From Escherichia phage tonijn, in sequence record NC_049818.1: 51,627 nt of DNA. One strand, given 5' to 3'. The notes beneath the pieces are model-generated. The model was not told the DNA's origin. It was given only the letters and a program-made list of their open reading frames with translations, and did not search any database. The translations under genes were made by a program, and so were the position numbers. Positions 36,712 through 44,822 of the stretch are shown piece by piece. Position 1 is the first letter of the stretch. Each line of letters starts with the position of its first letter.

Positions 36712-36742
36712 GCGCCAACAGTCAACAACTGGAGGAAAGGAA

Positions 36743-37207
36743 ATGGAACAGAAGACCACTAAGGACTATTGCGATTGGCTTCGCGAGCTTGGTCGCCGCC
36801 TGGCTAGTGGCGATATTGAAGAGTATAAAATGTCACTAATTGACCTGGCCGGAATGTTAAGCGGTGACGACTGCTACAAGATCACGCGCAGTTCATCCTA
36901 CAGCCGGACCATTATCAACCGCGTTCCAGAAGTAAGGGCCGCAGGTCGGGTAAGCATCAAGGTAGAGGAAACGGAAGATGATAAATTTTACGTTTTCCGC
37001 ATGGTCCGAGAATCGAAAAGGAAAATCATCACGCCAGAAGAATTGCCAGCCATCAAGGCAAGGGCGATTAAAAAGTTTGCCGATCGCTTACTGGCAGCAA
37101 TCCCGAACATCGTGGACCTGGAAGGGGATAAACTGGCTGGAGCTTGTGAGGGCGTAAGCCGCTACCAGGATATGATCCGCGAAATCATCAAAGAGGAAGA
37201 GCAATGA
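36743..37207 (+). CDS. Hypothetical early protein
   Basis: ATG 36743 after GGAGGAAAGG; 154 aa. Confidence 0.55.
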   Translation: MEQKTTKDYCDWLRELGRRLASGDIEEYKMSLIDLAGMLSGDDCYKITRSSSYSRTIINRVPEVRAAGRVSIKVEETEDDKFYVFRMVRESKRKIITPEELPAIKARAIKKFADRLLAAIPNIVDLEGDKLAGACEGVSRYQDMIREIIKEEEQ

Positions 37208-37476
37208 AAAAGGCATTAATCAGCGTTTTGGCGGCAATGGCATTCCTGACCGGATGCAAAGAAGATGGCGCGCATGTTGGCAATGTGCAGATGGCTAACC
37301 CTGGCGATGACTACAGCGTAAGGGAGCTATTCACCGCCGATGGTTGCACTGTTTACCGATTCTATGACGGTCGCACTGTTTACTTCACCAACTGCAAGGG
37401 AACGACTAGCTGGGAAGTGTCGAAAAGCAACGGCAAAGGCACGAAAACAGAATACATGACCGTTGAGACAAAATAG
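37204..37476 (+). CDS. Lipoprotein
   Basis: Signal peptide plus lipobox (MKKALISVLAAMAFLTGCKE). Confidence 0.55.
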   Translation: MKKALISVLAAMAFLTGCKEDGAHVGNVQMANPGDDYSVRELFTADGCTVYRFYDGRTVYFTNCKGTTSWEVSKSNGKGTKTEYMTVETK

Positions 37477-37517
37477 CACTTTTTGTTAAAACGCCAGGCG
37501 CAAAGCCTGGCATAATA
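37471..37517 (+). promoter_or_regulatory. Conserved 20-bp element, hairpin and ATAAT
   Basis: AAATAGCACTTTTTGTTAAAACgccaggcgcaaagcctggcATAATA; stop TAG of the lipoprotein gene is embedded. Confidence 0.5.
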
Positions 37518-37548
37518 GCCTCATCGAAACGAGATTGAGGAAACAAAA

Positions 37549-37734
37549 ATGGCACGTCGCATCACCAAAGACCTTAAAGTCCTGAACAAAGAAAACGTAG
37601 TTAAAATCCTGGTTATCTGGGGCTACAACGAAGAAACAGCAAAGCAGAAGGTAGAGGCAGGTTATGACCTGGCTGTAAAAGCAATGCCAAACGACGACGC
37701 CAAAGGCATTGCAAACTATGTAGCGTTCTTTTAA
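37549..37734 (+). CDS. Hypothetical protein
   Basis: 61-aa ORF with GAGG RBS. Confidence 0.45.
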   Translation: MARRITKDLKVLNKENVVKILVIWGYNEETAKQKVEAGYDLAVKAMPNDDAKGIANYVAFF

Positions 37735-37749
37735 TTAGCAGGTGAATAA

Positions 37750-37935
37750 ATGAAAACGAAATTAGTCCATAAATCAGAAATCAAGATCGGCGATACTGTG
37801 ATTCACAACGGTGAGCTTAGAACGGTTGGCAAAGAGTCAATAAGCCACGATGAATTTATGGGGATCTTGTTGTTCGGTGACTCTTATCGGCTTGGTTATA
37901 AAATGGTTGAGCTTGTGGAAGAGGTAAAATTCTAA
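37750..37935 (+). CDS. Hypothetical protein
   Basis: 61-aa ORF; stop within the next element copy. Confidence 0.45.
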   Translation: MKTKLVHKSEIKIGDTVIHNGELRTVGKESISHDEFMGILLFGDSYRLGYKMVELVEEVKF

Positions 37936-37979
37936 ATAGCACTTTTTGTTAAAACTCAAAAACGATAACCAAGCATAAT
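37934..37979 (+). promoter_or_regulatory. Conserved 20-bp element plus ATAATA (no dyad)
   Basis: AAATAGCACTTTTTGTTAAAAC 37934-37955; cATAATa 37974-37979. Confidence 0.45.
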
Positions 37980-38033
37980 AAATCACATAGGGCGGCACGG
38001 CGTCGCCCACAAAACCAATCAGGAGAAAGCACC

Positions 38034-38927
38034 ATGTTAAAACTTGCTGACATTAAATTCCCGATCACCTTCGAATCTCGCGGCATTGGTCATTACATTT
38101 TTACCGATGAAAAAACATGCCATAAGGTTGATATGAATAGCGACAAACTAAGCCCATCAACAATGGAGATTGAACACTTTATTGATGCACACAATACGCA
38201 CTACAACGCCCTTAAAGACTACGGCTACGCAATGCCAGGCTACACATGTTTGCACTACAAGCCATATAAGGGCCAGGTGTTGCCAGTGCGCTCACCGGAA
38301 CGCGCGGAGATTCCGATGGTCCACATGAAAACCTGCGACTACAAAAAGCTGTGGTGCTTAAGTGTGGACAATATCAAGTATCCGATCACGTTCCACACGA
38401 CTGGTAAGTCAACGATTCGCTACACATCGCGCGACAATGGCGTTTATAGCGATGGTACGAAATCAGAGTTGAAAGTTGATTTCTTTGTCAACGGTCACAA
38501 CAAATTCAATCCGCACAACGAAGAGGATAAAGTGTACTACGTGGAAGACATTACAAAACACTTGTTTGGAGAAACTCCATTCGGCGGCGGAAAGACGTCA
38601 ATTCAAAAAATCATTGGCGAGGAGATCCACAAAGCGGCTGTCGAAATGAAAGCGCCTGGAGGCTGGCGTATTGACAAGAGCGCCTTTGCAAATCAAGAAA
38701 TCGTAACGCAGGGCGCGATTGAAGATATGCCAGTTGCAGCCACGCTAAAAGGAGTCCGGCTTGATGACGGCAGTTGGTATGAATTAACGGCTACACCAAA
38801 GACGATCGAAATTCATGATGATGTTGTTATCCTTCTGCTTCACTACGGCGGCACTAAAAACCGGACTGTTGCGGGTGAGATCAGCATCAAGCGCGGAACG
38901 ATGGTTAAGTGGAAGGTGAAGATTTGA
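38034..38927 (+). CDS. Hypothetical protein with internal duplication
   Basis: 297 aa; duplicated segment IKFPITFESRG / IKYPITFHTTG. Confidence 0.5.
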   Translation: MLKLADIKFPITFESRGIGHYIFTDEKTCHKVDMNSDKLSPSTMEIEHFIDAHNTHYNALKDYGYAMPGYTCLHYKPYKGQVLPVRSPERAEIPMVHMKTCDYKKLWCLSVDNIKYPITFHTTGKSTIRYTSRDNGVYSDGTKSELKVDFFVNGHNKFNPHNEEDKVYYVEDITKHLFGETPFGGGKTSIQKIIGEEIHKAAVEMKAPGGWRIDKSAFANQEIVTQGAIEDMPVAATLKGVRLDDGSWYELTATPKTIEIHDDVVILLLHYGGTKNRTVAGEISIKRGTMVKWKVKI

Positions 38928-39003
38928 GTTTGCTCACTGCGGCGCACGTCGCCGCATGGATCGGATTGTTTGCCTACCTGTTTAGCTTTTATTGAGGTGA
39001 GAG

Positions 39004-39156
39004 ATGGCTACCTGGATTTTGCTGATTCTTATGATTGATGGCGGCGTTGACCATATCGAAATGAATAGCCAGCAATCTTGCATTGAGGCACGAGAGCAGA
39101 TCAAGAACAACAACAGGTTTCATGCGTACACTCACACGCTATGTATTAAGAAATAG
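39004..39156 (+). CDS. Small hypothetical protein (50 aa), below the ORF-track cutoff
   Basis: ATG 39004 after GAGGTGAG; stop TAG 39154-39156 embedded in the element. Confidence 0.4.
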   Translation: MATWILLILMIDGGVDHIEMNSQQSCIEAREQIKNNNRFHAYTHTLCIKK

Positions 39157-39195
39157 CATTTTTTGTTAAAACTCAAATGTGGGGCCAAGTATAAT
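39151..39195 (+). promoter_or_regulatory. Conserved 20-bp element plus TATAAT
   Basis: AAATAGCATTTTTTGTTAAAAC 39151-39172; TATAAT 39190-39195; RBS AAGGAG 39212-39217. Confidence 0.5.
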
Positions 39196-39225
39196 GGCCT
39201 CACTTTCAAAGAAGGAGATAAAACG

Positions 39226-39444
39226 ATGTACATTAAAAAGAAGATGAAATGCGTTTCCGTTAACTATGCTTGCTCTGGCATGTTCAAGCCTGGCGAAATC
39301 TATACGGCGCAAAAACTGAAATCATCAACCGGATCTTTTTACGTGAGCAATAGTAAGGGGCATCGCATGTTCCTGAGCGGCGGCGAAGGCACTAAGGTTA
39401 TGGCACACGCTATGGTAATGGCTGAATTTGAGGAGGTGAAATAA
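39226..39444 (+). CDS. Hypothetical protein
   Basis: ATG 39226 after AAGGAG; 72 aa. Confidence 0.5.
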   Translation: MYIKKKMKCVSVNYACSGMFKPGEIYTAQKLKSSTGSFYVSNSKGHRMFLSGGEGTKVMAHAMVMAEFEEVK

Positions 39445-39857
39445 TGGATGACTGCATGCCGTTTCCTGGATATAGAAATAAAGATGGTTACGGTCAGGTT
39501 TGCATAAATGGTGTAGTTGTTGGCGCTCACAGGTTAGCATATTGCAGAGCTAACAACCTTTCACTTAATGATATACGTGGAATGGTTGTAAGGCATAGGT
39601 GTGATAATCCGCCGTGCTGCAATCCTGATCATTTGGAGATAGGAACGCAAAGGGATAACGTTATTGATTGCATAAAGCGAGGAAGGTTTAAAAGTAATGC
39701 TGGTGTTAATAATCCAAGAGCAAAATTGAATTACGACACAGCAGAAGAGATTCGCAAAGAGTACGCTAGCGGCGTAGTGTCTATGGGGGCGCTAGCTGAG
39801 AAATACATGGTTGGTAAAAGCACAATAAAAAGAGTTATTGACCGGAGCATTTGGTGA
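39444..39857 (+). CDS. HNH endonuclease
   Basis: AHRLAY ... HRCDNPPCCNPDHLEIGTQRDN is a classic HNH motif (His-Asn-His with a Cys pair). Confidence 0.75.
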   Translation: MDDCMPFPGYRNKDGYGQVCINGVVVGAHRLAYCRANNLSLNDIRGMVVRHRCDNPPCCNPDHLEIGTQRDNVIDCIKRGRFKSNAGVNNPRAKLNYDTAEEIRKEYASGVVSMGALAEKYMVGKSTIKRVIDRSIW

Positions 39858-40567
39858 TGAAAATTTATACATTTGAACTGTGGGGCAAGAAGTACGAATT
39901 TACGACAAGCAAGCCTATTGTTGTGTGCGATCTCGACGGCACACTATCGGACGGATCGCATCGTTTGCATTTGCTGCCAACTGAAAACTTGCACCTTACG
40001 GAATCGTGGCGCGAGTTTAACAGGGCCGCCGCCGGAGATTCACCGATTAAAAGCACGATCGCGGTTATTAACGGTTTATGGGTGTCGGGATTTGCCATCG
40101 TCATCTTGACCGGACGCAGCGACGAGGTTCGCTATGAAACCTGCAAATGGTTGAATGAGAACGGCGTGAAGTTTGACGAAATCATCATGCGCCGCCAGGA
40201 GGACAACCGAAAGGATACGGTTATTAAAGAAGAAGCCTTGCGCGCTATTGGCCTGGACAACATTGTTTGCGCCTTTGACGATTCGCCTAACGTGGTTAAG
40301 CACTTCCGCAGCTTGGGGATCACAACCTATCAGGTCACGGAATACGACAAGCCACACGCTCACATACAATCTCACGGCGTGGAATCAATCAAGATCACGA
40401 AGCGCGCCCGATTCGTCGGCAGCAAAGATAGCCTTGTCAATGCCAGCTTTATCAAAGGCAAGGTTTATGATGTTCATAGCCATGATAAAAACCGATTCTT
40501 TTTGTGGGATGAAAAAGGTTTTGGCTGGTGCTTTGAACACGACGACGGCGATTTTGTTAATGCGTAA
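39851..40567 (+). CDS. HAD-superfamily phosphatase (nucleotidase or polynucleotide 3'-phosphatase-like)
   Basis: Motif I VVCDLDGTLSD, motif II ILTGRS, later FDDS. Confidence 0.6.
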   Translation: MVMKIYTFELWGKKYEFTTSKPIVVCDLDGTLSDGSHRLHLLPTENLHLTESWREFNRAAAGDSPIKSTIAVINGLWVSGFAIVILTGRSDEVRYETCKWLNENGVKFDEIIMRRQEDNRKDTVIKEEALRAIGLDNIVCAFDDSPNVVKHFRSLGITTYQVTEYDKPHAHIQSHGVESIKITKRARFVGSKDSLVNASFIKGKVYDVHSHDKNRFFLWDEKGFGWCFEHDDGDFVNA

Positions 40568-40610
40568 TAGCACTTTTTGTTAAAACATCTCAACGGGCTT
40601 GCGGTATAGT
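40565..40610 (+). promoter_or_regulatory. Conserved 20-bp element, dyad and TATAGT
   Basis: TAATAGCACTTTTTGTTAAAAC 40565-40586; TATAGT 40605-40610 inside the dyad gggcttgcggtatagtaagccc. Confidence 0.5.
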
Positions 40611-40641
40611 AAGCCCATCAACAACAAACGAGGATTAAATC

Positions 40642-40905
40642 ATGGCTAACAAGATCGAGTTTTTTAAAGCGGTAGACATTATTGATGGCGCGCCTAGCTT
40701 CTTTGCGATCCATTCTATTGACGGCAAGGATATTGGGTACAACGTTATCCGTCGAGATGGAATATCAAAACTTAGTGACCTGGTAGGCCATATTGTGTCA
40801 ATCGGGAAATGCGCATGGCCCGATTCGCCACGAGAGCCACGCCGCCGCGACATGGTAGAGCCTGTTCTGCTTTACACTCTGGTAGTAGAAGGAGAAAATA
40901 AATGA
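40642..40905 (+). CDS. Hypothetical protein
   Basis: 87-aa ORF. Confidence 0.45.
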   Translation: MANKIEFFKAVDIIDGAPSFFAIHSIDGKDIGYNVIRRDGISKLSDLVGHIVSIGKCAWPDSPREPRRRDMVEPVLLYTLVVEGENK

Positions 40906-41087
40906 TTTGGTTACTTGCTTTTTTGGTTGTTTTTCTTTACATTTCAGGCTTGTTTACGTTCCGCGCGTTGGTGAAATATTCTGACGCGACAGACAAAGAC
41001 GATAAAATCGTTCTCGCTTTCTGGTTTGTTTGGGTGTGGTTAGCAATTTACGAGATCATCAGAGACAAACAGAAATTTGAGTGGTGA
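40902..41087 (+). CDS. Small membrane protein (two TM segments)
   Basis: 61 aa, hydrophobic (MIWLLAFLVVFLYISGLF ... FWFVWVWLAIY). Confidence 0.45.
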   Translation: MIWLLAFLVVFLYISGLFTFRALVKYSDATDKDDKIVLAFWFVWVWLAIYEIIRDKQKFEW

Positions 41088-41143
41088 TTCTTGCTATGGC
41101 GCATTCATGCAGTGCGCCATGTTGAGAAAACCTAAAGGGGGAA

Positions 41144-41296
41144 ATGATGCGTAACTTTGAAAAAATCATTACCAAAAAGAAGCGTCGCGGGTACGATGAG
41201 CATGTGGAGCTTGTGAAAAAGCAACGCAAGAAGCGCAACGAAGACAAGAAGCGTGGGAAAAAATTTAATGCGATTTTTCGCTATGGAGGAAACTAA
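41144..41296 (+). CDS. Small highly basic protein (50 aa), below the ORF-track cutoff
   Basis: ATG 41144 after AAAGGGGGAA; Lys/Arg-rich (KKKRRG ... KKQRKKRNEDKKRGKK). Confidence 0.4.
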   Translation: MMRNFEKIITKKKRRGYDEHVELVKKQRKKRNEDKKRGKKFNAIFRYGGN

Positions 41297-41488
41297 ATGC
41301 AATTGCCACCATTTAACGAAAAAAGCGAAGAGATTGCCAAAACTGCATGTCACCTTCGAGAGCTTGCCGACATGATAGAGCGCGGTAGGGTTATGATTGT
41401 CAATATGACTATCAAAAGCGAGAATAGAAATTTCAAGGTTTTAAGCGAGACAACAGAAATTACTGTGTTGAAAGCAAGGGGAGAATAA
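41297..41488 (+). CDS. Hypothetical protein
   Basis: 63-aa ORF with GGAGGA RBS. Confidence 0.45.
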   Translation: MQLPPFNEKSEEIAKTACHLRELADMIERGRVMIVNMTIKSENRNFKVLSETTEITVLKARGE

Positions 41489-41490
41489 TC

Positions 41491-42081
41491 ATGAAGCGAG
41501 ACATTATTATCCTTAATGGGCCGCCTGGTTGTGGAAAGGACACTATTGCAGCTTACCTAACGGGCCATCGTTACCCAGCGGTTAAGGCGTCATTCAAACA
41601 GCCGATGTTCGATATTGCGTTTTCCATGCTGGGCGTGTACCGATACGATGAATTTATGGACCTGTACAACGACCGAGAACAAAAAGAAAAGCCTCAAGTT
41701 ATCTTAGGCGGCAAGTCACCTCGACAATTCATGATCTGGATTAGCGAGGATGTAATGAAGCCAGTTTTTGGAGATCACTATTTCGGGCGTCGAATGGTTG
41801 AAGAGATTCACGAGATGTACCGAGATTTGGCGGTTGTGATCAGTGATGGCGGATTCCCCGAAGAAATCAAGCCGCTCGTTAAGGCGGGGCATGAGGTGCA
41901 TATTTGCCGATTGCATCGCGACGGCTTCACGTTTGCTGGCGATTCGAGAGACTACATTGACCTGAGCGGTTATCACTATCGAATCCATCACTATGATTTC
42001 CACTTGCAGGACGGTAAGCCGGAACTGGCTGTAAACGAGATCGTCAATGCTGTCAAATGGAAGCACACACAGATTAAATAG
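41491..42081 (+). CDS. P-loop kinase, deoxynucleoside monophosphate kinase-like
   Basis: Walker A GPPGCGKDT; resembles the GKDT-type P-loop of T4-type dNMP kinases (from memory of that family). Confidence 0.5.
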   Translation: MKRDIIILNGPPGCGKDTIAAYLTGHRYPAVKASFKQPMFDIAFSMLGVYRYDEFMDLYNDREQKEKPQVILGGKSPRQFMIWISEDVMKPVFGDHYFGRRMVEEIHEMYRDLAVVISDGGFPEEIKPLVKAGHEVHICRLHRDGFTFAGDSRDYIDLSGYHYRIHHYDFHLQDGKPELAVNEIVNAVKWKHTQIK

Positions 42082-42121
42082 CACGAATTGCTAAACGCGG
42101 GGTTATCGGCCCCGCTATAAT
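42076..42121 (+). promoter_or_regulatory. Variant element (ATAGCACGAATTGCTAAAC), hairpin and TATAAT
   Basis: Hairpin gcggggttatcggccccgc 42097-42115; TATAAT 42116-42121. Confidence 0.45.
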
Positions 42122-42151
42122 GCTCACATCAACAAGCAAGAGGAAATCACA

Positions 42152-42532
42152 ATGGTTAACATTCGAAAAATCCGCGTCGGCACTAAATTCTTAGTTACTT
42201 ACGCAATTCCAGATAGCGGAATGAAGAAGGGCCAGATTGTTAAGGTTGATAGCAAAAGGTTCGGAATCCCTGGTATCAATGGCTATCTAATCAATAGAGA
42301 TCTTGGATTCGACGGCTTCGCTATCCGTGCGCTTGAGGGTATTGTTGCCACTCTTAAGCGAATCACTAATCATCGCGGTTGTCCAATCAAGACGATTAAA
42401 GCGCCAGTAAATTACGGCAAACTGGATAATCGTCGAATCCGCCGCCTGGCGCGTAACGCGTTAAAATTCCGTGGCGTAGGCGATGATTTCTACTATGGAT
42501 ACAAGAGGATTGCGCGCAATGCTGGGAAATAA
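42152..42532 (+). CDS. Hypothetical protein
   Basis: 126-aa ORF. Confidence 0.5.
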   Translation: MVNIRKIRVGTKFLVTYAIPDSGMKKGQIVKVDSKRFGIPGINGYLINRDLGFDGFAIRALEGIVATLKRITNHRGCPIKTIKAPVNYGKLDNRRIRRLARNALKFRGVGDDFYYGYKRIARNAGK

Positions 42533-42631
42533 CAATAACGCAACGAATCCTAAGCCACCTTTTGATTTTCATTCCGCAATGATTGCGGTATTATCAATGC
42601 TACTTTTTCTTTATAGCATGAGGGCGCTACT

Positions 42632-42880
42632 ATGGTTTTTAACGCATTGAAACGACTGTTTAAGCCGGAATACCGGATCGTATTTTGCCGCGACTGTTCT
42701 ACTTATCATGTGCAGCGACGCAGCTTAGGCGGCAATTGGCACTATGTTACAGATGACTTTTTCGGCATCATTGCCACTGAATTTAAGTATTACAGTGATG
42801 CTTATATGTACGTGAAGAAGCGCCACCGCTTACGCAAGTGTCGTTTTTCCGTGCTGATTCACGTTAATGATTGTTACTGA
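42632..42880 (+). CDS. Hypothetical Cys-containing protein
   Basis: 82-aa ORF with GAGG RBS. Confidence 0.45.
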   Translation: MVFNALKRLFKPEYRIVFCRDCSTYHVQRRSLGGNWHYVTDDFFGIIATEFKYYSDAYMYVKKRHRLRKCRFSVLIHVNDCY

Positions 42881-42887
42881 GGTGAAA

Positions 42888-43070
42888 ATGAAAACTTGTA
42901 TTATTATTCTTTTCCTGATCCTTTTCGGTAGCCATTTAACCATTAACTATGAGGGCATTATGGCCTTTTGGGGCAACTTGATGGTTTTTGCCGCTGGTTC
43001 AATTACTGGCTACTCTGACGGGAAAAAGGACGGCGTTCGCAAGATGCTGATGGGACTTAAACAAAAATAA
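42888..43070 (+). CDS. Small membrane protein
   Basis: Start at an internal ATG after GAGGTGAAA; hydrophobic N-terminus. Confidence 0.4.
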   Translation: MKTCIIILFLILFGSHLTINYEGIMAFWGNLMVFAAGSITGYSDGKKDGVRKMLMGLKQK

Positions 43071-43081
43071 GGGGATCTGAA

Positions 43082-43372
43082 ATGGCAAACAAAACTTACC
43101 GCAAACTACTGGTTAACGCTTTTGAAAACATTGCGCAGTGTAACAAGTGGAACGACTCTAAACACTCGCCAGTCACAATGAAGCGCGCCGGATTCAAAAA
43201 TGCTCGTTCATGGGCGCGAGCTTTCGCAGCTTGCTATATGCCGGATGGTGGTCTAGGAACGATGAACGATTTTTTGATCAACATGATAGAGGAAGCGGCG
43301 CGAGAGGATCGACCGCTGACACAGCGAGATTTTGACGACTTCGCGCGCGATGAGCTTTACTATCTGAGCTAA
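43082..43372 (+). CDS. Hypothetical protein
   Basis: 96-aa ORF; stop embedded in the element. Confidence 0.5.
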   Translation: MANKTYRKLLVNAFENIAQCNKWNDSKHSPVTMKRAGFKNARSWARAFAACYMPDGGLGTMNDFLINMIEEAAREDRPLTQRDFDDFARDELYYLS

Positions 43373-43421
43373 TAGCACTTTTTGTTAAAACTTCCGCAAG
43401 GGCATTTGATAAAGTGCCCTT
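43370..43421 (+). promoter_or_regulatory. Conserved 20-bp element plus hairpin
   Basis: TAATAGCACTTTTTGTTAAAAC 43370-43391; hairpin aagggcatttgataaagtgccctt. Confidence 0.45.
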
Positions 43422-43447
43422 ATTGAAGCGAAACAGAGGAAAGCGCA

Positions 43448-43660
43448 ATGAAAATCAAAATCACCAAAATCGACACCATCAACGGCGACGGATCAATCAC
43501 TCTTGAGCAATGCGGTTTGGTTGTTGGTGATGTACTGGAAGTTGATGGACATTTCAGCGACGGATCTTATTGTGTTATTGCGCCGCGTAACAGCGAGTTT
43601 ATCAAGGCTGGCGACAATATTAGTGTTAACCATGACGAATGCGAGGTAGTAGAAGAATGA
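43448..43660 (+). CDS. Hypothetical protein
   Basis: 70-aa ORF. Confidence 0.45.
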   Translation: MKIKITKIDTINGDGSITLEQCGLVVGDVLEVDGHFSDGSYCVIAPRNSEFIKAGDNISVNHDECEVVEE

Positions 43661-43920
43661 TCACGATTAACCTGTCAGAGCAGCAAGCGCGCATTATGTT
43701 GTCGGCCTTCGGTTGGCGAGACAATGACGGTTTACAGGCCACAGTTAAAATTTATGAGCCAGTGGCGCGTGAAGTTTTCAGCCAGCTAGAACACGCATTT
43801 GATCCTGCTGGGACTGAGCAAGCGGAAACTGCCGCATGGTTCGGAGAGAACGGATACAGAGATCAGCAAGTCGAAAACTGGAAGCGCATAAACGAGACTA
43901 TGGAGGAATCAGGTTTATGA
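43657..43920 (+). CDS. Hypothetical acidic protein
   Basis: Start at ATG overlapping the upstream stop; 87 aa. Confidence 0.45.
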   Translation: MITINLSEQQARIMLSAFGWRDNDGLQATVKIYEPVAREVFSQLEHAFDPAGTEQAETAAWFGENGYRDQQVENWKRINETMEESGL

Positions 43921-44231
43921 TTTACATTCACTACTACCAAATAGGAACTAACGAGAACAAAAAAGAGCATCGTTTCATCCACGATGATTTGGACAAGGCA
44001 AAGGCCCAGCAACAGGTTTTAGGCGGCGTCATTCAGGCTTTTGAGCCTGTGGAAGATATTGAGTACCGCGAGCATTTAAAAGATGTTGTTATTGATGAGA
44101 TCTCTTGCTTGATTGATGATATGACAAATCACGGCCCTGGTTCCCCGTGGGAAGATGCAGGATCTGTAACGTGGGATAAGGCCAAAGTTAAGACGCTAAA
44201 CAACTTTCGAGAGATTCTCGACGGTTTTTAA
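43917..44231 (+). CDS. Hypothetical strongly acidic protein
   Basis: 104 aa with about 22 Asp/Glu against about 10 Lys/Arg; start overlaps the upstream stop (ATGA). Confidence 0.45.
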   Translation: MIYIHYYQIGTNENKKEHRFIHDDLDKAKAQQQVLGGVIQAFEPVEDIEYREHLKDVVIDEISCLIDDMTNHGPGSPWEDAGSVTWDKAKVKTLNNFREILDGF

Positions 44232-44301
44232 TTAAAAACGCATAGTCGTTAGAGCGCCTCAATCGCATTCTAACGAGCTATTTTTCTGGTAAGGTGATTT
44301 A

Positions 44302-44430
44302 ATGGATGAGTACAAACAACCTTCGCAGTGGTGCAAAGAGAAGCAAGAAGAGGCACTGGAGCGCGGAGATGTGGAAGAAGCTATGAACTATTTCAAACTT
44401 GCGGAAGAATGGAAGGGGAGAGGATACTGA
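44302..44430 (+). CDS. Small hypothetical protein (42 aa), below the ORF-track cutoff
   Basis: ATG 44302 after AAGGTGA; stop overlaps the next start. Confidence 0.35.
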   Translation: MDEYKQPSQWCKEKQEEALERGDVEEAMNYFKLAEEWKGRGY

Positions 44431-44660
44431 TGTTCGGCATGAATGAGGCGCAATTCAACGCAGCTAAACGCCAGGCTAAAAAGTGCGGCGAGGCGATGAA
44501 AGCGGATGTGGAAAAGCGCGGGAAGTATGTTGATGAAGTAATGAAGGGCATCATTGCAGAACACTACCAGCCAATCGCGCCAATGTTGACGATCACTCAA
44601 TTCATTTGGCTATGTGGTTACTTGCGTGGACGTTGGGGGAACGCTTTCGACAGGGAATGA
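44430..44660 (+). CDS. Hypothetical protein
   Basis: Start at an internal ATG of track ORF 44328..44660; 76 aa. Confidence 0.45.
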   Translation: MFGMNEAQFNAAKRQAKKCGEAMKADVEKRGKYVDEVMKGIIAEHYQPIAPMLTITQFIWLCGYLRGRWGNAFDRE

Positions 44661-44822
44661 TTGACAACTATTTCCTGATTGGTTAGCATGGCGTCGTTTA
44701 CATAAGAGCGGCTTAGTCCGAACGCGTGACGCGATAGTCACACAACAACGGCGATATGCAGGAGGTTTTTGCAACGCAAAATAATCCATAAGACGTATCG
44801 CCTTTTTTAATGGAGATCCAAA

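Noticed and set aside
36710-36742. Upstream start codon of track ORF 36710..37207
   Set aside because: The ATG at 36710 falls inside the TATAAT -10 hexamer of the consensus promoter; the ATG at 36743 with a GGAGG RBS is taken as the real start.
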